64,000 nt of DNA, from NCBI GenBank assembly GCA_951406725.2, contig OX597814.1:120342001-120406000 (forward strand), given 5' to 3'. How positions within the stretch are numbered: the first letter of the stretch is position 1; each line of letters opens with the position of its first letter. Made by a program: the position numbers and the translations under genes. The notes beneath the pieces are model-generated. The model saw only the letters and a program-made list of their open reading frames with translations, had not been told where the DNA came from and made no database searches. Below, in pieces: positions 25,889 to 39,633 of the stretch. This DNA comes from Octopus vulgaris (lineage: Eukaryota).

Positions 25889-28256
25889 GTCTGTATATAT
25901 AAGTGCATATACGTATTTGCTTGTATATGCAAATATGTATATGTATGTTTGTGTGTGTGTGTTGTGTGTGGATATCGGTAATCTGTATATTTGTATGCAT
26001 CTATACATACATAAACGCACATACGCACACACCACACACACACACACACATTCACATAATAATATAACGCTGCGGCTAATATGGTAACAGAGAATAATAA
26101 AGAAAGACCTCTTCATTGAAATGACAAATTGTCCTTTTGAGCTTCATGAATACGGTTGAAAGTATTATGTCCAACAAAATACGTTGCATTGCTACGTGAG
26201 TAATTTTCTTGCTTGCATAGAATATGAGAGAGCAACCAGTTAAAATAACGAAGTGAAGCGAATGATTCTGTCTTTGTTCAATGTGAGGGTTATCAATAAT
26301 GTATATTTATATTCCGATCAAACAACATTTTTCAATTAGAACTTTTCGCATTTCTTGATTTATCGTGAGAGCATTAATCGAAAATTAACAGTTTCACTTC
26401 TGATATAAAGAAGAAACTTCGTATCAAAAGAACAAGGATGATGAAACCTGAAGACTTGAACTGATCACATTAACCTTTATAAAGCCCAATGAGGAGATAA
26501 AGAGTATCAAAGTTTTAAACTTTTTCCGCGGTTATAATTTTTTTCACTGATTATTTAACCTGTCTGACCTATGCTGCAAGTACATTTGTCAAACAAACAC
26601 AAGTATTATACATTGCATGAAAGTAAAAACTAAACTGAAATAAACATGAAAAAACCGGATTGAATAGGAAAATGGTTGACTGGTTGCTGGGTATGGCTCA
26701 AAGTTATGTATTTAAGTGCTCTCTTACATTGCATTTCGGATTTCCATTAGTCTAAAATAAAAGGGATTAACACATACAGGACTACATACACTACTACCGA
26801 ATTTATGAATGGGCACCAGAACAGATTCATAAATGCTTTCTCTTTGATGTTAACTAATATGAAGTAAAATATAGATAAGAATGATAACAGAACACCAGTA
26901 AATATGATTGCAAGTCGTAACTCAGGTAATATATATAAGGAAAGATTTCGATTCTTAAATTCGTGTTTCTTCTTAAGTCTCATTATATCTCTATATAGTT
27001 TTGTGTGTATAAATGATCTCCTTGTAGTTTGTTTCTAATAGTAATCACATCATGTATGTCATAATCCTTTATAGTCCTTAAAATATCCTTGCTTGTGTAG
27101 GATGAGTTACGTGAGTGATCTTCCTCGTTTAGTTTAAGATGTACCATACTTTTGTATTTTAGATTACATAACACAAAGGAGAAGCCCAGTATGATGAGGC
27201 AGCCTGCAGTAATATCACTGCACCCACAAAACTTGGTGACAAAATTCGGTAAATATTGAATTCGGTTTCTGGAACTTCAGTGCTCCATTTGGGTATTTGG
27301 AACTTTAATGCTGCAATTCAGCTTAATTCTTGTCAAAATGCATATTTGGAAATTATTGATGAAATTATAATTATTTGATACAGGTGTGTCTTCTATACAA
27401 AAGACAGGCTTGTAAATGTTCTGTGTTCCTCTTTGAAATAATATTGCAATAGTCAGTGTTTCTGCCTGAGTACTAAACTCATAAAGTATAGCAGATGTTT
27501 ATTTTAATTAATGTAAGCACTTTTAGAATAGTAGTCGATTCTGTGGTGAAATCCTCGTTAGAGTATTAGAATACGGTGGTGCTCCTTATGTTTCTGTACT
27601 CAAGAATGGTGTATAACTAAGGAATTCGGTAAATTTCAAGGAAATGTCTAGACATATTACTTCTTAATGAAGTTTAAGCTATAAAATGCATGAACTCGTT
27701 TTAGATTTTTTAAAATTTGAATCAAGAAATCAATTTAAAATTTGTTGCTCTCATAATAATTAACGGGCACTGATGGATATAAACTTGGTATCATGAGGAT
27801 GGGAAGAATGAAGGCATGCAGCTGAGAAGACATTAGAATAAATATTATAAGTGCAAGAAAAACACTAACTCAAAGCATGAGCTGTTTCAATCAGTCATAA
27901 AGAAGCTGGAATTTGGTCCACGCTTGGAAATTTTCTTTTATAATTTATGGCGAATAACATTAAGCAAATAATTAAATGTGCTGCGGAATCTAGTAGTAGT
28001 ATTGGAACAAGCGTTAAAAGGAACCGTAATCACCGAGATGATGAATAACTATGTGCCTATAATCCTTAAATTGAAACTGATTAACAATCTGTAAAGTCAA
28101 AATGAAAAAAATCTCTACTCATGTGGAGAATTAGAATATATATAGATTATATATGAGGAGTATAAGAATATGAAGAAGTAACACGTCATAATATAAATGG
28201 TAAGAATAGAAAGTATAATGCGAACAAACAAACAAAAAAGACTGAAAGATACCAAC

Positions 28257-28257
<1 letters not shown>

Positions 28258-28336
<79 letters not shown>

Positions 28337-28367
28337 TACTATTACTATTATTATTATTATTATTATT
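28258..28367. repeat. (TAT)n trinucleotide microsatellite
   Basis: Direct read; explains the poly-Y/I ORF at 28197. Confidence 0.97.
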
Positions 28368-30604
28368 GTTGTTGTTGTTTGTATTTGTATTAGTGGCGGT
28401 GTTTTGTTGTTATTGATTATACTCTGCTGTTGATGATGCTCTAGTTGATATTTTTCTTATTTCTATTTTAGATAAAGTGGCAATATAAGCTATACTAATG
28501 CTATTATAACTTTAATTTGCAGAATCTAAATATTAATGCGTTGTTATTTTCGTTTTTTCCTGCGGCGGTGGTCAAATACATTTCGTCTAAAATTCTATAT
28601 TCTCTGCACTTATCAAGGAGCTATGGGTGGTCACTCAATGAAAAGATTTACTTAATGTTTTCTAGGCGCTGATCAATCACATAGCAACGATATTTATGTT
28701 CGTAAGTTCATATAGGCAAACAAATAGTCATCTCATAAAATGTAAATTGATGGCTTACAATAGAAATATACTACTACTCCGGCATTTAATAGTTTTCTTT
28801 TATCCGAATTGTAAATTACTTGTTTCAAGCAGTTTCACAGCCATTATAAGAATATTTCCTATTTGTGAAATTTAATGTAACGTTTAAAAATGTCCGAGTG
28901 AACGGCAAGAAATGACAAGAGCATTTTAAATGTAGATTTAGTTACTTTGTTTTTTTTGTATTCTTTAAAATACGGCGAAACTTTTAATATCTTATTGGGA
29001 TTTTTGACTAAAATACATTATACTTGAATGATTTCTTTTCGCCCTTCTGTTTAAATGTGACAGTAATGTGTATATTATTATTAAAAAAACAGGTCAAAAT
29101 AATTTCGTAGAGTGGGATGGAAAGAATACTTTCGATTCAAATCGACAACCAAAAGATTTCATTAATATTATCTTCTATTTTTCTATGTTGATTTTAATTA
29201 AAAATAATTATGAATCGTATATTTTCATGTTGTCATTGTAAATTAAATTACATATGTCTTCACAAGTTTATATTAGATTACAACAATATAATTAGCTGAT
29301 ACTGAGAGGACATACAGAGGAGTTATAGATATAGGACAAGATACGTAACTGTTCCCAAGTAATTTGACTCCAGGGGCAACGAAAAAATAATCAGTTTACC
29401 AAGAAAACAAATGGTGAGCTTGCATAATGTCGGGGTTAACATACTTCTGATTGTTAACCAAAAAGCAGATATAAACTGTCATAATGTCATCTGCTGATGA
29501 TGCTGATATTCATTCACGGGCAAGCTTTGAAGGTGAGGAGATGATTTTATAATTTCACTCTTGGTATTCTACTATTATTTATTGTTGTGTTGACGTAATA
29601 CGCATGTTTGTTTAGCTTGCAGGTGAAAATCCTGCCAGGTATTTAGTATTAGATATTCTAATATTAACACTTTGATATTCAACGCTTTCAGCCTGAAAAA
29701 AAAGAAAACTATATTTTCGTCTTATCTGTTCGTAACAGTCAACCTAACAAGAATTTGATAACACATGTATCAAAGTAATGTTTCAGGACGATGCATTCCT
29801 ACCTTTATTTCCTTCATGAATGATAAAATGTAACGAATAAGAAACAAAAGTAATTCTGGTGGTGAATTGTCTTTTCCGAATTTTAACTCATGAATGTTGA
29901 TATAACAGAGACCGGCAGTAAATAGTCTGAACAAGACTCACGGTAGATTCAACTTTACAGTGGAAGGTGGGTGCAACAGGTGGCTCCCACTTCATACTAT
30001 AAAAGCTATTCCTGTTGTATTATCAACGGAATTTTGAAGGAATCCAGGTCTGATGAAGATAATGTGATTTCCTATAAGAAATCTATTTCAACATGGATAC
30101 AGCTTTCTTGAGAAACTATCCAACATCGTAAATCTGAATGTTTGTTTTAGAGAATTCGATGGTTTACTTATCAGTATGCCGGGATGAAGTTGGTGAAATA
30201 AAGGAGATATTCGTTATATGAATATGGAATGTTATTTCGTCTCTAATTAAGATGCATCATGTGAGTTTAATAAATTTTCTCAAGAGCATAAAAATAATGC
30301 ATGCATGGTCTGCAATAAGCAGGTTACACGTTTGTCACATTTGTGTGTGCGTTGTTAAGAAAGACATTGCTGCGTAGTTAGGAAACTCTCGCGTCATCCA
30401 TGTTCTTTCAGGTTCTGTCCTCCGGCCAACCAACATAATGTGAGAAAATTTGATAATCAGAAGATGTGTGGAACCTTACATACATCCCGTAATCTAGAGG
30501 ATAACAACAGCATTGCAGGAATAGTCTCTTCTGGATTTGTGATAGGTACATTATATCCCACCTGATAAACAAGTGTGGCAAATTTAGAAAAAACCTCCAC
30601 CAAA

Positions 30605-31025
30605 CGAGTGTGGAAGATATAACCTATATCATCATCAACGGCCTACGAGTGACTACCTACCTGTGATGCATGATATTGTTGCGAAGAATATCTACGACGT
30701 TATTGCGGGAGGGGTTGTCCTGACACATGCATGAAGATCGTGTCAGAACCAGTATGTATTAAAAACAAGGAATGCTGATGTAACGCTCCAATGAAAACAG
30801 CGAATCGCTGCAAACATTACAGACCTGATATTGTCCTGGAGAACATGGAAAAAAAGTTAGGCACTGTTATAGAGGTGAGCTGTACAGGGGAGGTGAATGC
30901 GTCATCAAAAATCCAGGAAAAAGACAACATTTAGATTGAATTAATGCAGAGTACTTGTATCGTGATAATAAATCCCCGTTTATAACTGTCCATTGCAGAT
31001 GCATTAGTTCTATGTACCGAGCAAT
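30605..31025 (+). mobile_element. Decayed R4/Dong-like non-LTR retrotransposon, restriction-like endonuclease domain
   Basis: Manual translation gives SVEDITYII (CCHC knuckle remnant), YLPVMHDIVAKNIY (RHD motif region), and KTANRCKHYRPDIVL...TVIEVSC...VN.SSKIQEKDNI (PD..D/E..K nuclease core). Stops and frameshifts are present. Confidence 0.8.
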
Positions 31026-31040
31026 TTACACAAATAATGT

Positions 31041-31073
31041 GAAAGAACCCCGTCGTATATATGTATATGTATG

Positions 31074-31143
<70 letters not shown>

Positions 31144-31350
31144 TATGTTTGTGTGTCTGTGTTTGACCCTCCAACATCGCTTGACAAGCGATGCTGGTGT
31201 GTTTATGTCTCCGTAACGTAGCAGTTCGGCAAACGAGAACGATAGAATAAGTACTAGGCTTACAAAGAATAAGTTCTGGGGTCGATGTGCTCGGCTAAAG
31301 GCGGTGCTCCAGCATGGCCGCAGTCAAATGACTGAAACAAGTAAAAGAGT
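31041..31350 (+). mobile_element. SINE family A, 3' half
   Basis: gaaagaaccccgtcgtata...aacatcgcttgacaagcgatgctggtgtg...gcggtgctccagcatggccgcagtcaaatgactgaaacaagtaaaagagt. Confidence 0.88.
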
Positions 31351-31379
31351 ATCTAAATAATATGAAAAATTAAAAAAAT

Positions 31380-31670
31380 ACTAAATTACAAAAACATGGA
31401 GAACGAATGTCTGGTGGTGGGGGATACAACGAAATAAAGAAATATAAAATAGAGACAGACAACATAAAGACCAATCCCTTCCTCAATTGTGCACTATTTC
31501 ATCTACTCCGCATTTCGAGCGTAAACGCAAGATGCGTCTTCGTCAAAACAGTCGCTCCGACAAATTAAATTAAATAAGATTTGGGATTTGTGGAGGGTCA
31601 AGTTTGTTGACGTCCAGTACCCATATATGCATGTGTATATACATATATATGTAAGTATGCACATGCATGG
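31380..31670 (-). mobile_element. PLE-terminus-like repeat with inverted 5' segment; homologous to 32885-33190
   Basis: The reverse complement of 31381-31603 aligns to 32885-33100, while 31607-31670 aligns in forward orientation to 33128-33190. Confidence 0.7.
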
Positions 31671-31675
31671 ATATA

Positions 31676-31736
<61 letters not shown>

Positions 31737-31774
31737 GTTCATTGTTTAAACCTCGCCAAGATAAATATTTAAAC

Positions 31775-31838
31775 CACCTGATGAATGACTGTAACTCGAA
31801 AATTTAAAGAAATTAACAGCCATAAAACGATCGTAGTG
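31775..31838 (+). ncRNA. Hammerhead motif, probably inactive (G12A)
   Basis: CAC-CTGATGA-ATGACTGT...ACAGCCAT-AAAA-CGATCG-TA-GTG. Stem I is CAC/GTG, stem II pairs 7 of 8 bp, and stem III is the palindrome CGATCG. Confidence 0.65.
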
Positions 31839-31960
31839 ATATATTAATTATATTTTTGTAATAATTTTGTTATATATTTAAATAATATAAATTAAATAAT
31901 CTTATGTATTGGCTTAAGTTTTTCATTGTATGATTTGCCTAATAGTGGTTTTGTCTCTAA

Positions 31961-32344
31961 TCTCTCTATATATAAACGGCAGTTTGTCTGTGCGTGTTTC
32001 TGTGTGTCTGTTTTCTTGTACCCTCACTCTGACCACGGCTTTCAACCGATTCTGATGAAACTTGACACACTCATAGCCCAATGTCATAATTCAAAACTAA
32101 CGCAGCGAAAATTTTGAAAAGTTCCCCCAGTTCTGAAAAAAATCGATAAATTCGACATGGGGTCGAGAATCAGAAACACAAACCACAGACTGTCTAGGGG
32201 ACGCAACTCGACCCTTTTAACTCTCAAAAAAAATTTACCCTCATTTTTTTTCCATTTTTTTGCTATTTTTTGGCTATAACTCTCTAAAAATGCTTTATAG
32301 TTATTTCCCTTACAAACACGAGCAATGCCGGGCGATACTGCTAG
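31961..32344 (+). mobile_element. Non-autonomous Helitron-like element, close paralogue of 46991-47376
   Basis: A|TCtctctatatataaacggc 5' end and 3' agcaatgccgggcgatactgCTAG|T. Confidence 0.85.
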
Positions 32345-32438
32345 TTTAATATAATATAATATAATATTTTACTATAAAATTGGATTCAATCCTAAATCTG
32401 ATTTTTTCCCTGTAAGTTTGGATTTATTCCCTAATATT

Positions 32439-32506
<68 letters not shown>

Positions 32507-32884
32507 CATATTTTTATATGATCGAATGCCACGCATCCATTTCCAAGTACGTTTTATCTTAATAATTTTCTGTCGCTATCTCTGATCCTTGTTCTTCTTC
32601 TTTCTATATTCTTTTTTCCTCTCACACCATTTCTCTAATTCTTCTCCTCCCTTTCGCCGTTCTCTATCTATCCCTCTCTCTCCCTCACGCTTCCTTCTTG
32701 ACTCTCGTTGCCATATTTCTTCTACTAGCTTGAATTTCTTTCTCTCTTCTTGTTCAGCTACATGGGATAGCACACGTATTTGTCTCTCTTCTGTCGAAAT
32801 GTGTTATCCAGCGTTCACCACTTCACCTAGTTATAGCTTATCAGCCCTTACCGTTTGTTTTAACTGTCTTGTTATAGTTACCAG

Positions 32885-33190
32885 CTTTGACCTTCTGAAA
32901 AACCCAAATTTTATTTGATTTACTTTGCGGGACAGACTGTTTTGATGAAGACGTATCTTGTAAAAACCCTCGAAATGCGGAGTAGATAAAACAGTGGACA
33001 ACTGACGAAGGGGTTGTTCTTTATGTCTCCTGGCTCGTTTTTCTATTTGTTTCTTTCATTGTTCAAAGAACTTCGTTTTCCATGTTTTTGTAATTCATGT
33101 TCTCGTTTGTCATATTATTTACGTTTTTTGACGTCCTATTCCCATATATGCATGTGTATATACATGTATATGTAAGTATGTACATGTATG
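32885..33190 (+). mobile_element. PLE-terminus-like repeat with degenerate hammerhead-like cores
   Basis: Homologous to 31380-31670. Contains actgttttgatgaaga...ctcgaaatgcggagtagataaaacagt and a second ctgacgaagggg. Confidence 0.6.
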
Positions 33191-33226
33191 CATTTATATA
33201 TGCATATGTATGTATATATATATATA

Positions 33227-33457
33227 TATTTCTTTACTAACCACAAGGGGCTAAACACAGAGGGGATAAACAAGGACAGACAAACGGATTAAGTCGATTA
33301 CATCGACCCCAGTGCGTAACTGGTACTTAATTTATCGACCCCGAAAGGATGAACGGCAAAGTCGACCTCGGCGGAATTTGAACTCAGAACGTAACGGCAG
33401 ACGAAATACGGCTACTCATTTCGCCCGGCGTGCTAACGATTCTGCCAGCTCGCCGCC
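33227..33457 (-). mobile_element. SINE family B, full length
   Basis: Reverse complement reads ggcggcgagctggcagaatcgttagcacgccgggcgaaa...gagttcaaattccgccgaggtcgactttgcc...ttagtaaagaaata; highly similar to 46194-46427. Confidence 0.92.
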
Positions 33458-33526
33458 TTATGTATATATATATATACGATTTATATCATTATATGATCAA
33501 ACGCCACGCATGCATTTCCAAGTAAG

Positions 33527-33597
<71 letters not shown>

Positions 33598-35075
33598 ATA
33601 TACGTACATGTATATAGAAAGAGAGAGAAAGAGAGAGAGCGGCTAAGGAAGACTGAGACTGAGGCAGAGGTACCCTCACTCTTCCAGATTCCTCATACCA
33701 ATCATATAACATTACAAATGGTGGATATTATCGACCAATGTTACTTCAACTGAGGTGTGAAAGCCAGAATGCGTCAGAAACATGCAGTTAAGATTCTATG
33801 TCACAATGTTTAAATAGTTCACTTTACAGCATTACTGCAGTTGACCATATGCTTAATGTTATATTTGTGGTAACGTTTGTTTAGGTGCTTATGCAATTAT
33901 ATAACATTTACAAATGTACAGATATTATCTTTGTATGAGAATATGTCTGAAAGTGTGAATATGCATAATATGAGATTACATAATTTTTGTTTAAACTAAA
34001 GATGTATATTTTTCAAATATTCATAAATAGATACATCGATTTCTAAGTACTGCATTACTGTTCCGTGCTTATATAACTCAACATTATATAGGGTGAAATA
34101 TTTTCCATCATTTAATGTTTATTTATGTATGAAACATTCTTCGTAATTGGAAAAAGCTTTAAAGAATATTTTGTATAATGCATTAGTACAACCAGCTTTC
34201 TCGACGTGTCCAACAAATTACGAAACGTTTTTTAGATGTTTATTCTTTGAGAGACTGTTTTAAGCTAGATACATTTATATCTGCGTGAAAAAAAATATTG
34301 ATTAATTTTATTCAACTACACTCGCAGACCAATAACTTCAAAGATGTATTCTATTCCTGGTTCCATTGTTTTGACGATATTATAGAGTCTAGACAATTAT
34401 TGGTTTTGTTTCCTTGTTGTCATCCTTAGGGACGGAGATGAAAAAAAAATGAGTTGTCCTCAATCACTACGAAATTTTATTATGCTTTGCAAAAATATAG
34501 CTGATTCATGTTACACTTACTGATCACTGATTTTAAAATTATTAAATTTCTCATATATTAGTGACAAATGTGAAAATTAACAAATTTCACTGATTAAATT
34601 TAAATAATTTGTTGTTGTTTTGATCGACAGTTTTCAGCCGTGATCGAGATGTATAAGCAAAGACCTTCCAACCGTGATCATATCATCACTTTTGTATATT
34701 CTTATTTTACTGTCCAGATTTTCCTTTCCAATATGGAAGGGTAAGACTATCGTTTAAAAGACTGTTGCTGGTTGTTCGCATACATTTTAGTGTATTTCAT
34801 GTACAGGTATTTGCGTCACGTTACATATTTCAATATCATTTAGATTCCTTCATATTTTCATGAGATAACGTTCCCATGTTTATTTTATTACTGATCATTT
34901 TAATGAAATAGACAATGAATTATTCATATATTTAAAATGGGTATTTGAAGGCAAACATGAATATTTTATGCCAGAACCAGAACAAGGCTTGTAATATAAT
35001 TTGAATTTTTATCAATAGTCTATATACATACATAGACTTAGACATACATAAATACACACATGTATACATGCATAT

Positions 35076-35130
<55 letters not shown>

Positions 35131-35137
35131 CACATAT

Positions 35138-35183
<46 letters not shown>

Positions 35184-35236
35184 ATGTGTGTGTGTGTATA
35201 GATAGATAGATAAATGTGTATTATATACATATATAG

Positions 35237-35275
<39 letters not shown>

Positions 35276-36252
35276 TATAGATAGATATATATATATATAT
35301 AGATATGCGTTATATACATACACGCACATATATATATATATATACGCGAGTGCGCAATAGTAATTTCACGCTAAATGTTTGAGTAACAAATGTCAAAAGA
35401 CAGGTTTTAAGTATTTTCAAAGTCTGTGAGAAAGTTGCTCTTAACTTCTGTGTCATTTTGAATTCACAATATTTGACATTGGCATTATGAACTTTTGACA
35501 TACTAGAATTATATTGGTAAATAAATTAGCAATTCATGAACAAATTTACTACGATTATTAAAATGATATGAAATTTATGAATATAATTAGATGATTACAC
35601 GGTGAAATGCAACACAAAATCTAGTAAGCTGTAGTAGGAAGATAATATTTGCTTCAATCAGCAATTGTAATTATATTCTGAAATTTTCACAGATAAAAAT
35701 TCATGTTGAAACTGTATGTACCCATTAATTTCCCATACTAGAACACACACAGAATAATATTATCGGCAAATGTGTAGGTATATAAAACGATACTATTTTA
35801 CTATATTGCTTGGATAAATGTCCTAGGACCATGATATTCAGTGAATCTCCAACACCGGTTAACGTGATACACTTAATGTTTCTTTTGCTAAAATGAAAAT
35901 CGATTGCCCCAGGAATCCATGAACAGGAACCTAATTCCATATACATGATGTAATTAGATCGGGGCTAGGGTGTGACCACAAAAAGTGTGACGACATATAT
36001 AGAGACTAGAGTTAAGTGTCTGAGTGGAAATGTTTTAAGACCAGCATACTGCAACGAGCAAAAACTAATGAATTACTGGTAGAAATGTAGGAGGGTTCAT
36101 ACGGAGGTGGGAAGCAAACTTTTATCGGTAAGCAATTGATGATGTGCTTGTAGCTGCGTGATGGTTGCGGTGTGATACTCTTTGGTGCCAAACAAGAAAT
36201 ACGATTCACTACTAGACTTATATCTATACACACACATATATATGTATATACA

Positions 36253-36302
<50 letters not shown>

Positions 36303-36310
36303 TGTAGAGA

Positions 36311-36342
<32 letters not shown>

Positions 36343-36441
36343 TAAACTACAGACATTTCGATCATACAAACATACATGCATGAAGTCATACAGAGAATTA
36401 CACACAAGCACACCCAAGTGCGGTTCTCAGCACACATACCG

Positions 36442-36493
<52 letters not shown>

Positions 36494-36716
36494 TATATAT
36501 AAATTTGGACTGCCTGAATCAAAACTGTCAAAGCTTGAAACAAGCGCAGACATGTTTGAATCTTTTTTTAATCAATATTTAGCTATATATGTTCTGTATT
36601 TTAAGAAGTCTGCAATAATGTGATCAGATCTGTCTTCAATTTTGTTACAATTTATATACCTATCATTCTGTATGCATGTATGTATGTATGTATGTATGTA
36701 TATATATGTACATATT

Positions 36717-36757
<41 letters not shown>

Positions 36758-36871
36758 AAAAAATGAAGTTCGAAAATGCTGCTATATTAGACAAATTTTT
36801 AATTTTTATATATACATTATTTATTTAACATGTTTCGGTTCTTGAAATGATATATATATATATATATATAG

Positions 36872-37078
36872 TTAATCCAAACAAGAAAACACAAAGAGAA
36901 AACACAACAACGCGAGGACGTGGAACAAATATAGTATTATTGGACGCTCAGGAAGGAAGGGAAGAAGGAGGGTTTTACGTTTCGAGCGGAGCTCTTCGTC
37001 AGAAACATAGGAAAAGGAAAGATCCAGAGAAAGGAAGACGGAGGAAAAAAATCGCCAACGGTACACACGCGGTCACAT
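36872..37078 (-). mobile_element. ~205-bp PLE terminal-repeat-like element between (TA)n tracts; close paralogue of 62504-62717
   Basis: Near-identical reverse complement of 62509-62717; carries an intact hammerhead. Confidence 0.85.
36972..37006 (-). ncRNA. Minimal type I hammerhead ribozyme, intact core
   Basis: GTTT-CTGACGA-A-GAGC(tcc)GCTC-GAAA-CG-TA-AAAC; GUA cleavage site and ACGT palindromic stem III. Confidence 0.8.
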
Positions 37079-38558
37079 ATATATATATATTTATATATAT
37101 ATATATATATATATATAAGTGTGTGTGTGTGTGTGTGTGCTTGTATGGCTCTGTGTATGTGTATTCCTGTATGTATGTATAAGTACACTATGTGTGAGAA
37201 GTAACCGTGTACATTTGGTAAGTAGACTTGATGGCAGATCATTAAGAGTGGCTTTATAGACACATATAATACCATAATGACCACACTAACACATTGCAAT
37301 TATTTATTGTTGATCCACTTATCCTTCCCCCGTATTTCTTTTGTGTTTGTATGGAAGTATGTATGCATATGTCTGAAAAAAATACACATTTTTCGCTCCA
37401 GCTCGAAACATATAGAGTGACAATCAATCACTGATATTTCAAGAACCCAATGTTGTATCGCCCACGGCGACACTGGAGAGAATAGAGATTCAATGCTTTA
37501 AGGCGTTCCTAATAATCGAGTTCAGTCATGCTCTTAATTATTTTAGTGAATGTCCTCTGGAGTGACTCAAATTTTGAAATGTTTTGCTACAAAATGTATT
37601 GCAGAGAAAATGTTCGTTTGGAGGAATGTATGATCTTGTTTCAAGAACTCAAGCAAGAATAAAACATAAATGTATTGAAATGAGAAGAAGCTTGTTGTAT
37701 GTGTAACTGAATAGTGTTTTTGAAACTGAATTTAGTTGTGGATACAGCGTTTGACACGACTTCAAGCTTATCGTTGATTCGATTGAAGTTCCTTGCTCAA
37801 TTCCTCTCTACAGTAAGATAATATTAATGTTTTAATGTCAAACGTAAGGAGACTGGAAGTATAATTCTATATATCATGCGAGAAAACGATGCGATGATCT
37901 AAAGTATGGCAAGTTAATCATTAAGATCAAGGTAGGCAGCTAGGACATTCATTGAATTGATTTGAGCATTGCATCTGTATCACGTTTATAGAAGCATAAA
38001 TTGTCGCAATGGTCATATATGAAAAGAAACATAATATATGAGTGTTGTGTTTCGCATATAATGCAACGGAAGTACCTTACTTATTGCAACTAGAAAGAAT
38101 CTGTCAATGTACAGAATGTGTTAAGTGAACCTTTATATGTTTATACAAGGAACAGAACAAATAGAAAGCAACCGACTACAAAGCATGGTTTGCGATATAC
38201 GTACTGAAAATAAACTGAATAGATTTTGAGAGGAATTCTGCACCTTACTACGAAATCTGCTTTGAATTTGAGCCGACAATAGAACCAAAAGGGCAAATAT
38301 TATAGAATGCAACAGCTAAAGGATAATCGATACAAGGGTCATAGAACTATGAAATACCGAAGCATTAGTCATTGAGGTGATACAATTCCATAAGGTGTTG
38401 TAGACGAAGGTTCACTACTGCCTTTCTTCCTTGCATTCCTTTTCCTTCCTTTAAACAAAATTGGTGGTATGTATACATACATACTCGTAGAAACAAACAG
38501 GCACAACTGCATGCACGAACACACACATATGTATATACCTACGTCCTATGTATCTATC

Positions 38559-38594
<36 letters not shown>

Positions 38595-38636
38595 AATATG
38601 TATATATATACATGTGTGTATATATATATATATATG

Positions 38637-38701
<65 letters not shown>

Positions 38702-39597
38702 GTATATATATGTATGTAAATATATATATGTATATATACATATGTATATATATACATATATATATATGCAAGAAATATGTATAATGGATATATATGTATA
38801 TAAACATGCATACATATGTATATGTGTTTATATATACGTGTACGTGTGTGGGCGAGAGTGAGTTTTTGTGTGCGTCTGTGCGTGCGTGCGCGTGCGTTTC
38901 TACGAGCTCAAATGCGTGTGTATACAACGTACACTGGCACGTTTGTTTGAGATTATCCGAGATCTCTTTTGAACACGACAACAAACGTAGAGTTATTTAT
39001 GACAACTCTGACTGGAGACACAATATTTTATCTATTGACACGATACGGAAATGCACTTCAAGATTAGGTTTCATGCAGGGTGATATGGAAAATCTGTGTT
39101 AGATTAAATAAACTGGTGGCATGAATGCATATATCACTCTTTAACGGAGTGACCCAAAGCAAGCAAAAATATACGCACATACACAAACAAAAATACAAAT
39201 AAACACACAGAAACTCACAAACATGCATATGTAAACCAAGTACATATAAATTGTCACACATACACACACACACACAAACACACACGCGTGCTATATCTGT
39301 GTTGTGTATATGTGTGCGTGTATGCATGTGTGTATATCAATAGATAGAGTGATAGCACTCACCTAAATGAATAGAAATGCATATATGTATATCTACATGT
39401 ATGTATGTATGCATATACGTACATATGCATGTAAGTATGCATATATATATATACATGGTTTTTGTCTACTCCCTATGCACAGTCTGACCACCCTCTATCC
39501 ATCCATCCTTCCATCCATCCATCCATACATACATACATACTTACATACATACATACCTACCTACCTACCTACCTACCTACCTACCTACATACATACA

Positions 39598-39633
<36 letters not shown>

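Larger units (their letters stand above)
31730..32445 (+). mobile_element. (TA)n-flanked PLE-derived repeat with a hammerhead motif, interrupted by a Helitron
   Basis: Bounded by (TA)n at both ends, contains the hammerhead motif at 31775-31838, and has a Helitron inserted at ctctaa|tttaat. Confidence 0.5.

Noticed and set aside
30049-30085. CTGATGA...GAAATC as a hammerhead
   Set aside because: No pairing stems I, II or III.
32935-32996. Hammerhead-like actgttttgatgaaga...ctcgaaa...ataaaacagt (and its homologue at about 31495-31552)
   Set aside because: C3 is absent or mutated and stems II and III do not pair cleanly; recorded only as degenerate and not counted as a ribozyme.
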